NCBI GenBank assembly: GCA_012523405.1
Contig: JAAYIN010000045.1
Coordinates: 8,285 to 72,284, forward strand
Length of the DNA: 64,000 nucleotides
Reading direction: 5' to 3'
From: Clostridiales bacterium
GTDB taxonomy: Bacteria > Bacillota > Clostridia > Christensenellales > Aristaeellaceae
Shown in pieces: positions 47,023 through 54,798 of this stretch. Position 1 is the stretch's first letter, and every line of letters begins with the position of its first letter. Under the pieces are notes generated by a model. The model was given only the letters and a program-made list of their open reading frames with translations. It was not told the origin of the DNA and did not search any database. The position numbers and the translations under genes are program-made.

Positions 47023-47055
47023 TACGGCGGCTGTGTGAAGCAACGCCGTATTTTT
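47023..47055 (+). terminator. Weak terminator candidate after the ThDP-enzyme gene
   Basis: 7-bp stem tacggcg/cgccgta with a 14-nt loop, followed by TTTTT. Confidence 0.45.
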
Positions 47056-47060
47056 GCTGG

Positions 47061-47093
47061 ATAAAGTGCCGTCCCCATGCAGAGGACGGCACT
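47061..47093 (-). terminator. Hairpin after the dehydrogenase gene (weak U-tract)
   Basis: 10-bp stem agtgccgtcc/ggacggcact, followed on the - strand only by TTAT. Confidence 0.4.
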
Positions 47094-47117
47094 TGCAATG
47101 ATGGCAGCTGCGGATGC

Positions 47118-48083
47118 TTATGCATTCACAACGTTTATGGGCTGCCCTTTGAGAAATGATTGGATATTCGCCACAGTGCAATCCAAAATGCGCTGCCTGC
47201 TCTCCCGCGGTGCCCATGAGATATGGGGGGTGATGATGCAATTGGGTGCATCGAGCAGAGGATTATTATCTTGAATTGGCTCAGTCGAAACGACGTCTAC
47301 TGCCGCTGCGGCAACCTTACCCGATTTTAACGCATCTGCGAGGTCTTGTTCGACCACAAGCGGACCGCGTGAGTTGTTAATCAGAATCACACCGGATTTC
47401 ATTTTGCTGATGTTTTCACTGCAAATGATGCCCTGCGTATCTGGAAAGAGCGGGCAATGCAGCACAATAACATCTGATTGCCTGAGCAATTCATCCAGAG
47501 CGACATAATTTGCAATCTCGTGCCCGCTATCGGTGGGAACGTTATCCACGGCTAAAATGTTCATGCCTAACGCTTTGGCAATTCTTCCTGTTGCTTGTCC
47601 GATACGGCCAAAACCGATGATGCCCATCGTTTTACCATCTAGCTCAATCAGCGGTTTTTTCCAAAAGCACCAGTCAGGGTTGGTTTGCCATTCACCTGAG
47701 TGAACCGCATTGCTGTGCAACGCTACGCTGCTGCATATTTCCAGCAGCAGGGCGATTGCGAATTGTGCCACGGAAGCCGTGCCGTAAGTGGGTACGTTTG
47801 CAACAGGAATGCCCCTCCTCTTTGCCGAAGCTGTATCAACCACGTTATAGCCAGTGGCTAGCACACCGATGAATTGCAGGCCCGGGCAGGCGGCAAGCGT
47901 AGTATCGGTCAGAGGTGTTTTGTTGGTCAATACGATCTGTGCATCACAAATACGGTCGATGATTTGGCTTTCGTTCGTGATATCTGTGCGATCATATACC
48001 ACAACGTCACCGATTGCCTCAAGCGGCGACCAAGACAAATCACCTGGATTCTCCGTATAGCCATCTAAAATCACGATTTTCAT
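47118..48083 (-). CDS. D-2-hydroxyacid dehydrogenase, glycerate dehydrogenase/hydroxypyruvate reductase-like
   Basis: N-terminus MKIVILDGYTENPGDLSW. NAD motif GIIGFGRIGQATG. Catalytic region INNSRGPLV...VDVV..EP...ITPHISW. Confidence 0.9.
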   Translation of the reverse strand: MKIVILDGYTENPGDLSWSPLEAIGDVVVYDRTDITNESQIIDRICDAQIVLTNKTPLTDTTLAACPGLQFIGVLATGYNVVDTASAKRRGIPVANVPTYGTASVAQFAIALLLEICSSVALHSNAVHSGEWQTNPDWCFWKKPLIELDGKTMGIIGFGRIGQATGRIAKALGMNILAVDNVPTDSGHEIANYVALDELLRQSDVIVLHCPLFPDTQGIICSENISKMKSGVILINNSRGPLVVEQDLADALKSGKVAAAAVDVVSTEPIQDNNPLLDAPNCIITPHISWAPRESRQRILDCTVANIQSFLKGQPINVVNA

Positions 48084-48101
48084 GTCTGGGTATCCACCCT
48101 T

Positions 48102-49001
48102 CTATTCATCTTCAAGGAGCGACCAAGCACGGTTGATGACACGCTTGGTATTGGCAAGAATCAAATCTTCTTCTTCATCGCCCCATGGCTTTACTTCGAT
48201 GCTGAGCACATAGGGGTTGTCGGCGCAGAAGAAGCCTTCCTGTTTGAGCACCTTGAAGTAATCAAGCAGCTCTGCAACATCATTTGCACCATCCTTGAAG
48301 CCAAAGCGCGGATGCATATCACCATACGCTTCGCAGTCAGCTTTCACTACTGCGTTGCCAAGATGCAGATGCGTAATGTAGGGACGGAGGGTGCGAATCA
48401 CATCATGGCTAGTTTCATATGTGATGGGGAAGTGGCTTAGATCAACAATCAAGCCAAAATTGGGATGTTTGCACCGAACGTCCCCGGCAAATCGCGCTGC
48501 TAAGGGGGCGGGGCCGATGAGTGCAGCTTTGTCCAGATCGTAGTCGAAGACTTCAAGCTCTACAATCATGTTCTTGGGCTGCGCGGCATGGCAAACAGCG
48601 CAAGTTGTTTTAACCAGCTGCTGATAGGCTTGGTCAAAGGTTTCTGGTTCCCATTTGCCGGCTAGAAATGCAATCCCCTTGGCGCCGAGATATTCAGCTT
48701 CGTCAAGTGCTGCGATCAAGGCATCTTCAGCCTTTTTACGTTCTGTTTCGTCTATCGCATTCGGATTTAGATTGCCACTGAGCAGCGTTGGCTGTGCTCC
48801 GTAGCACACGCGCATATGGGATTGCTCCAGCAGCGTTTTGGCTTGCTTGCGTTTATGTTCGTCTTGAAAATGACAAAGTTCGATTGCATCAAAATAGTCA
48901 TCCGATGCAATATCCCGAATCGATTGTATAACCTCTCGCTTCGGATGGCTCATCCATTGGATTACGCCAACTTGGAAGTACTTATGAATGGATTCGCGCA
49001 T
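48102..49001 (-). CDS. Xylose-isomerase-like TIM-barrel protein (sugar phosphate isomerase/epimerase family)
   Basis: GAAGGAG lies 8 nt upstream of the ATG at 49001. AP_endonuc_2-type blocks: LGAKGIAFLAG, IVELEVFD, LIVDLSHF, THLHLGN, SIEVKP. Confidence 0.8.
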   Translation of the reverse strand: MRESIHKYFQVGVIQWMSHPKREVIQSIRDIASDDYFDAIELCHFQDEHKRKQAKTLLEQSHMRVCYGAQPTLLSGNLNPNAIDETERKKAEDALIAALDEAEYLGAKGIAFLAGKWEPETFDQAYQQLVKTTCAVCHAAQPKNMIVELEVFDYDLDKAALIGPAPLAARFAGDVRCKHPNFGLIVDLSHFPITYETSHDVIRTLRPYITHLHLGNAVVKADCEAYGDMHPRFGFKDGANDVAELLDYFKVLKQEGFFCADNPYVLSIEVKPWGDEEEDLILANTKRVINRAWSLLEDE

Positions 49002-49137
49002 GATGGTCACTCCTTCACTTATTCGTTTTTTATTAATGATTTGATTGGATGGGCATCTTGGATGTCCTTGGGTAGATGCATGTCCGTTGCGATCAATACA
49101 GGTAATGCCTGTTGGCACCGGCAACCCATGGTGAGAG

Positions 49138-50541
49138 TTAGATGAGGGTAGGATCAATGCCTAGCATAACTTGTAAACGCCTAATATCGATATCACCTAC
49201 GTTAACGCCGCTGCTCACGGATAGTGCTGCTGCTGCGCCGGCAGCTTCGCCTGTAATCATACAAGGAGGCTGGTTGCGTAGGTGCTTATTTGCCATGATA
49301 TCGCAAGAAACAATTTTGCCGGCAACCAGTATACGTTTGGAATCCTTGGGAATCAAGATGCGGTATGGAATTTGATACTCAACGTAATCCGCGATAGCTT
49401 CGCGAATAACGGTATCTTTTTCACTGCCCTCTCCGCCGTCCGGACTATGCCCTTCGCCCTTGAACCCCAAAACCTGCCTGTTTTTGCCGATTCCGATACA
49501 GTCCGTGAAAACCACCTGATCGGTGATGTCGTCCTCGGTCATTTTATATTCGCCGACAATGCGGCGAGAATCGCGGACACCAATGCTCTGCGCGGAGGTA
49601 AGCAGATAGCAGTTTTCTAGTCCCGGAATATAACTGCGCATAAACTTCAGCAATTGTTTTTGCTGCTTGCGTGCTGAGATGACAGCTGCGGATATATCAT
49701 CGCCGCTCGTGCCATCGACTTTGTAGATCCTGATGGTATTAACGGTTCCGATGCCCTTGTCCGCAAAGATGCTTTCAATGCGGAAATAGTGGAATGTATC
49801 GTCCAAATCACCGTTTTCGCGCGCTTTTCTAACCAAATCAAAAAAGCCGAAGATGCGCAGCTCACCTAATTCCATATTCACGATGCATTGGTTTGGATCG
49901 GGAGCAAACTGTGATGGGTTTTCCTGAACATAGGATACGAGGCGATTGACATCAATGCCGCCAATTGAAAACAGCAATGTCATGGGGCGCATCATCTGAT
50001 CGGATTCTCTGCCCATCATATAGGCGTAGTCCGCTGCTGCACACACATCCCCATCGCCGCTGGCATCCACGATTCTGCAAGCTAGTATAGCGCTGAAGCC
50101 TGATTTGTTAAGCGTGCATACCCCTGCGATGTCTGCATTGTCCCTGATCACATCAACCACCCAAGTATCCAGCAGAAGGCGGACGCCTGCTTCTTGGAGC
50201 ATATCGAACATTTCAAGGGTACATTGCTCAATGTCAAAAGGAACCGTTTCGTCGGGAATAGCTGCTTTTTTAGCAACCAATCTTTCAAACAGCTCTTTGC
50301 CAATGCCTGTTAGTCCGTTATACGGTGCGTAAAACAGATTCATCAGACCGGCTGTTGCAGTACCGCCGATTGTTTGTGTGCGTTCGATTAGGCACACTGA
50401 AGCTCCGTTTCTGGCGGCAGAAACAGCAGCGGCAAAGCCAGCCAATCCTCCGCCAGCGACAAGAACATCAAACCGCTTGGTCGCAGGGAAAGAGATGGTT
50501 CCTTTGGCGAAATTCTTGTCATCATTTAAAAGCAAATTCAT
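49138..50541 (-). CDS. FAD-dependent oxidoreductase (PF12831 FAD_oxidored-like)
   Basis: FDVLVAGGGLAGFAAAVSAARNGASVCLIERTQTIGGTAT. Confidence 0.85.
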   Translation of the reverse strand: MNLLLNDDKNFAKGTISFPATKRFDVLVAGGGLAGFAAAVSAARNGASVCLIERTQTIGGTATAGLMNLFYAPYNGLTGIGKELFERLVAKKAAIPDETVPFDIEQCTLEMFDMLQEAGVRLLLDTWVVDVIRDNADIAGVCTLNKSGFSAILACRIVDASGDGDVCAAADYAYMMGRESDQMMRPMTLLFSIGGIDVNRLVSYVQENPSQFAPDPNQCIVNMELGELRIFGFFDLVRKARENGDLDDTFHYFRIESIFADKGIGTVNTIRIYKVDGTSGDDISAAVISARKQQKQLLKFMRSYIPGLENCYLLTSAQSIGVRDSRRIVGEYKMTEDDITDQVVFTDCIGIGKNRQVLGFKGEGHSPDGGEGSEKDTVIREAIADYVEYQIPYRILIPKDSKRILVAGKIVSCDIMANKHLRNQPPCMITGEAAGAAAALSVSSGVNVGDIDIRRLQVMLGIDPTLI

Positions 50542-50567
50542 AGTTGCATCTTTCCTTTTCTGAATGA

Positions 50568-51398
50568 TCAGCCTTTTACAGCACCGGCGGTTAGACCGTT
50601 AATGAACTCTTTTTGCAGGAATTGAAATAAAATAGAGGATGGCAGAAGCGCTATGCAGGCTGCCGCCATAACGGTGCCCCAACGTATCTCGCTCATCTCG
50701 CTGATGAACTCGGAGATTTTGACGGGCAGTGTTTTCATGACCTGCTTGGTCATGATGACAGAGGAGTACAGATATTCGTTCCACGAGTTAATGAGCGCAT
50801 ACGTCAGAATGGCTGCGATCCCGGGTGCGGAAAGGGGAATGATAACGCTGAGAAATGTGCGGATCGCTCCTGCTCCGTCGATGATGGCACTCTCGTCAAT
50901 CGACTTAGGTATCGTATCCATATAACTGCGAAGCAGGAAGATACCATAGGGGATGGTAAACGTCGTATGCGTAATAATCAAACCAAAATAGTTGTTTGTG
51001 AGCCCAAGACCAGCGATGATCATATATAGCGGCAAAACCAGCAAAATAGCAGGGAATACATACGCAAATATGATCGATGCACTCATCACTTGTTTCATAG
51101 GGAAAGTATACCGAGATAGCGCATAGGCACCCATTGTCACAACCACAAGGTTGACAAGCATCGTGCCAAAGGATACGGCAAAGCTATTGAAGATATTGCG
51201 TACAATGGGCGTAGTGTAGAGAATCTCTTCATACCACTGCGTGGTAAGTTGCTTTGGAACAAGGCTGAAATCAGTTGTAAAGAATTCAGTTGCAGGCTTT
51301 AATGATGTGAAAAATACGTTAATCACCGGGAAGAGAATGACGAGAGCCAGAAGGAATGTCACACCAGTAAAGCACCATCGTTTGGCGTTAGTACTCAT
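50568..51398 (-). CDS. Carbohydrate ABC transporter permease (MalG type)
   Basis: 6 TM helices and the EAA loop IDESAIIDGAGAIRTFLSVIIP. Confidence 0.9.
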   Translation of the reverse strand: MSTNAKRWCFTGVTFLLALVILFPVINVFFTSLKPATEFFTTDFSLVPKQLTTQWYEEILYTTPIVRNIFNSFAVSFGTMLVNLVVVTMGAYALSRYTFPMKQVMSASIIFAYVFPAILLVLPLYMIIAGLGLTNNYFGLIITHTTFTIPYGIFLLRSYMDTIPKSIDESAIIDGAGAIRTFLSVIIPLSAPGIAAILTYALINSWNEYLYSSVIMTKQVMKTLPVKISEFISEMSEIRWGTVMAAACIALLPSSILFQFLQKEFINGLTAGAVKG

Positions 51399-52279
51399 CT
51401 TAATTCCTCCTCGTTGCTGCGATTCATACGGAAATAAACCATGACTAGGATTAACAGCACCATAAACATCAGCATTGCGATGGCGGAAGCTTCACCGAAG
51501 CGGTAGCTGCCAAAGGCGCTCTTATAGATCAAGATTGGCAGGAGCTCGGTGGATGATGCGGGGCCGCCGCGTGTGAGCTGCCAAGTTAGGTCAAAGAAGT
51601 TGAATACCCATATGGCGCGGAATAGAATAATGGTAGCTATTGCATTGCGGATAATGGGCAAGGTGATATAAATGGTGCGTTTGAAAGTGGACGCGCCATC
51701 AATAATCGCGGCTTCGGTTAATTCCTGGGGGATGGCTTGAAGAGCTGATAAAAAGCTAATCATCATAAGCGGATAGCCGCGCCAGATATTCACTAGGATA
51801 ACCGTTGGCAGTGCTGTGCTTACAGTTGCCAAAAACGGAAATCTCTGCGCTGTTATTCCCAAAGTATATAGGTAATAGGTGATGGCACCCCAACGTTCAT
51901 GTAGCATCATTTGCCAAGCTAAAGCGGTTACAACGGTTGGCAAAACCCATGGAAGAATAAACAATGAACGAAACAGTCCAGAACCATGCAATTTGGTGTT
52001 GAGCAAAAGTGCAAAAATAATTGCCAGCACAGCTTGCCCAGCCAAGGAAACAACCGAGTAGATAATACTGTTGCCCAAAGCATTAAGGAATTGAGGACTG
52101 CTTAAAAGGTCTCTGTAGTTTTGCAGACCAATAAAGGCATCTTTTTTGGTGAACCAGTTAAAATCGCGAAAACTAAGGTAGACAGTACGGACAAAGGGAT
52201 AGGCAACAAAACTCGAAAAGAAGATCAATGCTGGTAGAAAGAATAAAAAGCCGGTTAATTGTCGTTTCCGGATGCTCAA
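51395..52279 (-). CDS. Carbohydrate ABC transporter permease (MalF type)
   Basis: 6 TM helices and the EAA loop LTEAAIIDGASTFKRTIYITLP. A 4-nt overlap with the next gene. Confidence 0.9.
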   Translation of the reverse strand: MSIRKRQLTGFLFFLPALIFFSSFVAYPFVRTVYLSFRDFNWFTKKDAFIGLQNYRDLLSSPQFLNALGNSIIYSVVSLAGQAVLAIIFALLLNTKLHGSGLFRSLFILPWVLPTVVTALAWQMMLHERWGAITYYLYTLGITAQRFPFLATVSTALPTVILVNIWRGYPLMMISFLSALQAIPQELTEAAIIDGASTFKRTIYITLPIIRNAIATIILFRAIWVFNFFDLTWQLTRGGPASSTELLPILIYKSAFGSYRFGEASAIAMLMFMVLLILVMVYFRMNRSNEEELR

Positions 52280-52353
52280 AGTAACAACCCCCTCTGGCGG
52301 TTATGCTACGGGGAAGCCGTTTGTTACGACGGCTTCCCCGCAATGACAAGGAA

Positions 52354-53730
52354 TCACTTCGCGTAGGGTCCCTCGATTGGGTAGCTATACTCAACCATTA
52401 AATCTTGGAAGCCTTTATCAAGCATATTATATGCCTCTTCAATGGGCATGCCGTTGAAGAGATAGGCTTGGAAGGCGTCGCTTGCAAACAGCGTTGCAGA
52501 GATTTGACCAGCTAATACGGAAGGGCCGGCTTCAAAGCCAACGCGGGTGCAGTGAGGAAGAATGTTCTCCATGATATAGGAGATGTCGTCTAGGAACATG
52601 GCGGTTACAGGGTCGTTCTTAAAAATAGGTGATTCAAGAACGCTTTGCATGACCGGAATGTTGTACACAGGACGAGCGGTCGTTTCTAGTGCTACGTTGT
52701 CAGGCTGATAGACGAATTCGATCCATTTTTCAACAGCTGCTTGTTTAGCTGCGTCTTCAGTCTTTGTGACGGACCAGTACCAGCCGCCAAAGTCATGGAT
52801 GGCTGTGTCTGTGGTGCTGGGTCCAGTGGGATGAGCAATGACGCACAGGTTACTGAGCATATCGGGATTCACTTCAGCAGCGATGCCAATATCTCCGCCC
52901 CATGAAGAGGTGAAACCAAGTTCGCCGTTGGCCATTGCGGTACGATAGTCGGCCCATTTCCAGTTTGATACGCCGCTGGGAAGCTGACCGTTGTCAAACA
53001 GTTTTTTGATGTATTCCATAGCTTCGATGATTTTGACTTTGGTATCTTCCTGATTGAGCAGATAAGCGCCAGTTTGAGGATCAAAGTAGTAAGCTCCGTT
53101 TGCATATGACCAGATGAACAACTGTTGTTGTGCACACTGTTCACGTGCAAGTGCCATACCCATAGCGGTGATCCCATCGCCTTCAATAGCTGCCATTGCG
53201 CTATCTAGATCATCCCATGTCTTGATGCTATAGGGATCGATTCCTGCTTCTTCTAAAAGGTCTTGGCGAGTCCAGAGACAGTTGATGTTAACGGAAAAAG
53301 GAATGCCATACAGATTGCCGTCGCCTCCACGCGCACTGTTTACAGCTGCCGTGGCGTTTGCAAAATCTGTGCCATCTGGGTCCATCTTTGCAAACAAGTC
53401 ATCCATTGGCGCGATGATATCCTGTGCAACGAGCCATGAAACCTCGCTTTGATCAAGCTGGCACATATCAGGACAGTCATCATTCATGATGGCAGTCATC
53501 CAACGCGTATACCAGTCAGAATGTGATACATACTCCACGGTTATCGATATATCCGGATTTTCTTTTTGGAAGGTATCGATCAGGGTTTCTTGAACGGCTT
53601 TGTCGGCATTGGAGGTCAGCGGTGTCCAGAAAATGAGTTCAACATTTTCGGCGGCTAATACGGTGGCGGGCAACAGAGTGCAAAGTACACACAGGGCTGT
53701 TACGAGTGCGATAGACTTAAGATGTTTCAT
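52354..53730 (-). CDS. Sugar ABC transporter substrate-binding protein (family 1)
   Basis: GGAGGG lies 6 nt upstream of the ATG at 53730. Signal peptide MKHLKSIALVTALCVLCTLLPATVLAA. Confidence 0.9.
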   Translation of the reverse strand: MKHLKSIALVTALCVLCTLLPATVLAAENVELIFWTPLTSNADKAVQETLIDTFQKENPDISITVEYVSHSDWYTRWMTAIMNDDCPDMCQLDQSEVSWLVAQDIIAPMDDLFAKMDPDGTDFANATAAVNSARGGDGNLYGIPFSVNINCLWTRQDLLEEAGIDPYSIKTWDDLDSAMAAIEGDGITAMGMALAREQCAQQQLFIWSYANGAYYFDPQTGAYLLNQEDTKVKIIEAMEYIKKLFDNGQLPSGVSNWKWADYRTAMANGELGFTSSWGGDIGIAAEVNPDMLSNLCVIAHPTGPSTTDTAIHDFGGWYWSVTKTEDAAKQAAVEKWIEFVYQPDNVALETTARPVYNIPVMQSVLESPIFKNDPVTAMFLDDISYIMENILPHCTRVGFEAGPSVLAGQISATLFASDAFQAYLFNGMPIEEAYNMLDKGFQDLMVEYSYPIEGPYAK

Positions 53731-53995
53731 GAAATACCCTCCTGCAAAAATATTTTCTTGGCGCCATGCCATTTGGAAACAAAGTATGTTGGATTTACGT
53801 TAGATAGTGAAACGATCTGTTTACGCGGGTCGGGGCTGCCATGCTTTCCTACTGCACCCTTCCCCTTCGCAAAACAAATCTTCTCTTGTTGGTCTTGATG
53901 AGTATCAGAATAGAGTGATCCCATTAATCAATGTTAGATTTAACCTCCTTTGCAAATCTGACGTTTCAATATGTGAAATTATATTTCTTAAAATG

Positions 53996-54024
53996 ATTAT
54001 ATCATAAAGTTTTCATGAATGCAA
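53996..54024 (-). promoter_or_regulatory. Near-consensus sigma-A promoter of the ABC/FAD/TIM/dehydrogenase operon
   Basis: On the - strand: TTGCAT (54024-54019), 17-nt spacer, TATAAT (54001-53996). The spacer contains TTCATGAA (54012-54019). Confidence 0.6.
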
Positions 54025-54137
54025 CCCTCATATTTTAGTTTTTTACACTTTTATAAAGCAATCAAAAATACATTGCTAACACATGTGTGATAATGATTAC
54101 GATCATCCCAATTATTGTAAATATCTATTTCGACATA

Positions 54138-54158
54138 GCGTTTCATATAATGAAACGC
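54138..54158. promoter_or_regulatory. Perfect 21-bp palindrome GCGTTTCAT-ATA-ATGAAACGC (operator candidate)
   Basis: Perfect 9+3+9 inverted repeat with the same TTTCAT-N3-ATGAAA core as 45203-45217. It lies about 115 bp upstream of the -35 at 54024. Confidence 0.5.
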
Positions 54159-54252
54159 AAGACGGTCAAAATAGGCCCTACGACTATGAAAAGTGCAATA
54201 TGCCAGAGATCCTGCCAATTACAGCGATCGATGAGATGCACGCTACATCAGC

Positions 54253-54276
54253 AAAAAAACATCCCCGAAAGGGATG
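54253..54276 (-). terminator. Orphan rho-independent terminator with no upstream ORF
   Basis: Stem catccc/gggatg, loop cgaaa, then U7 on the - strand (A7 at 54253-59 on +). Confidence 0.55.
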
Positions 54277-54464
54277 CTCAAATAAATATGAAGTATTTCG
54301 TTAACTGTTATTCTATGAAGTGATCGTAGATTGCTTGTTTTGACGAACAAATAGTAAGCAAAGACTTTGTCAATCAATGTCTCTTATTCCTTGTTTTTTC
54401 AGTTCTCATATGGTCCTAATGTCAGGCACTCGCTCTCTTTTGAAATTAAGAGGACATATGGCAT

Positions 54465-54524
54465 AATCAGGGTGTGTAAATTAGCCACTCTGATTTCTGC
54501 AAATCCGCAAAGAATCAGGGTGTG
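54465..54524 (+). repeat. Two direct copies of AATCAGGGTGTG, which matches an internal segment of the adjacent tRNA-Lys in inverted orientation
   Basis: Copies at 54465-54476 and 54513-54524. The tRNA sense strand contains TAATCAGGGTGT (anticodon-stem 3' side plus variable loop). Confidence 0.7.
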
Positions 54525-54534
54525 GAAAAATTTC

Positions 54535-54578
54535 CAATAAAAAACCGCAAACCTATATAAATACAAGGTTTGCGGTTT
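54535..54578 (-). terminator. Rho-independent terminator of tRNA-Lys
   Basis: 12-bp stem aaaccgcaaacc/ggtttgcggttt, then TTTTT on the - strand. Confidence 0.8.
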
Positions 54579-54581
54579 GGG

Positions 54582-54658
54582 TGGTACACCATCAGGGATT
54601 CGAACCCTGGACACCCTGATTAAGAGTCAGGTGCTCTAGCCAACTGAGCTAATGGTGC
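54582..54658 (-). tRNA. tRNA-Lys (anticodon CUU), CCA encoded
   Basis: The reverse complement is GCACCAT TA GCTC AGTTGGCTA GAGC A CCTGA CTCTTAA TCAGG GTGTC CAGGG TTCGAAT CCCTG ATGGTGT A CCA. It folds as a full cloverleaf with a GTTCGAAT T-loop, 77 nt. Confidence 0.95.
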
Positions 54659-54798
54659 ATGCGGTGTTAAAACCAGCGAGATTTATTATACCCTGTTTAC
54701 GTTAAATGTCAACCCCTAATTTTCAAAATAATTGCTTTTTTGCAAAAATCCTCATCAGGGGGAAGAAGATGGTTTTTTTCCCCCTGATGAGATAAGGT

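Noticed and set aside
48102-49157. Long 351-aa form of the TIM-barrel gene, overlapping the FAD gene
   Set aside because: The extra 52 residues have no RBS and overlap the upstream stop. GAAGGAG precedes the internal ATG at 49001.
53773-54581. Integrated mobile element at tRNA-Lys
   Set aside because: No integrase, excisionase or direct 3'-tRNA repeat is present. Only short inverted 12-mers remain, so at most this is a relic (reported separately as a low-to-moderate interest finding).
54399-54614. 71-aa ORF overlapping the tRNA-Lys gene and its terminator
   Set aside because: It reads through a structural RNA gene and a terminator, so it is spurious.
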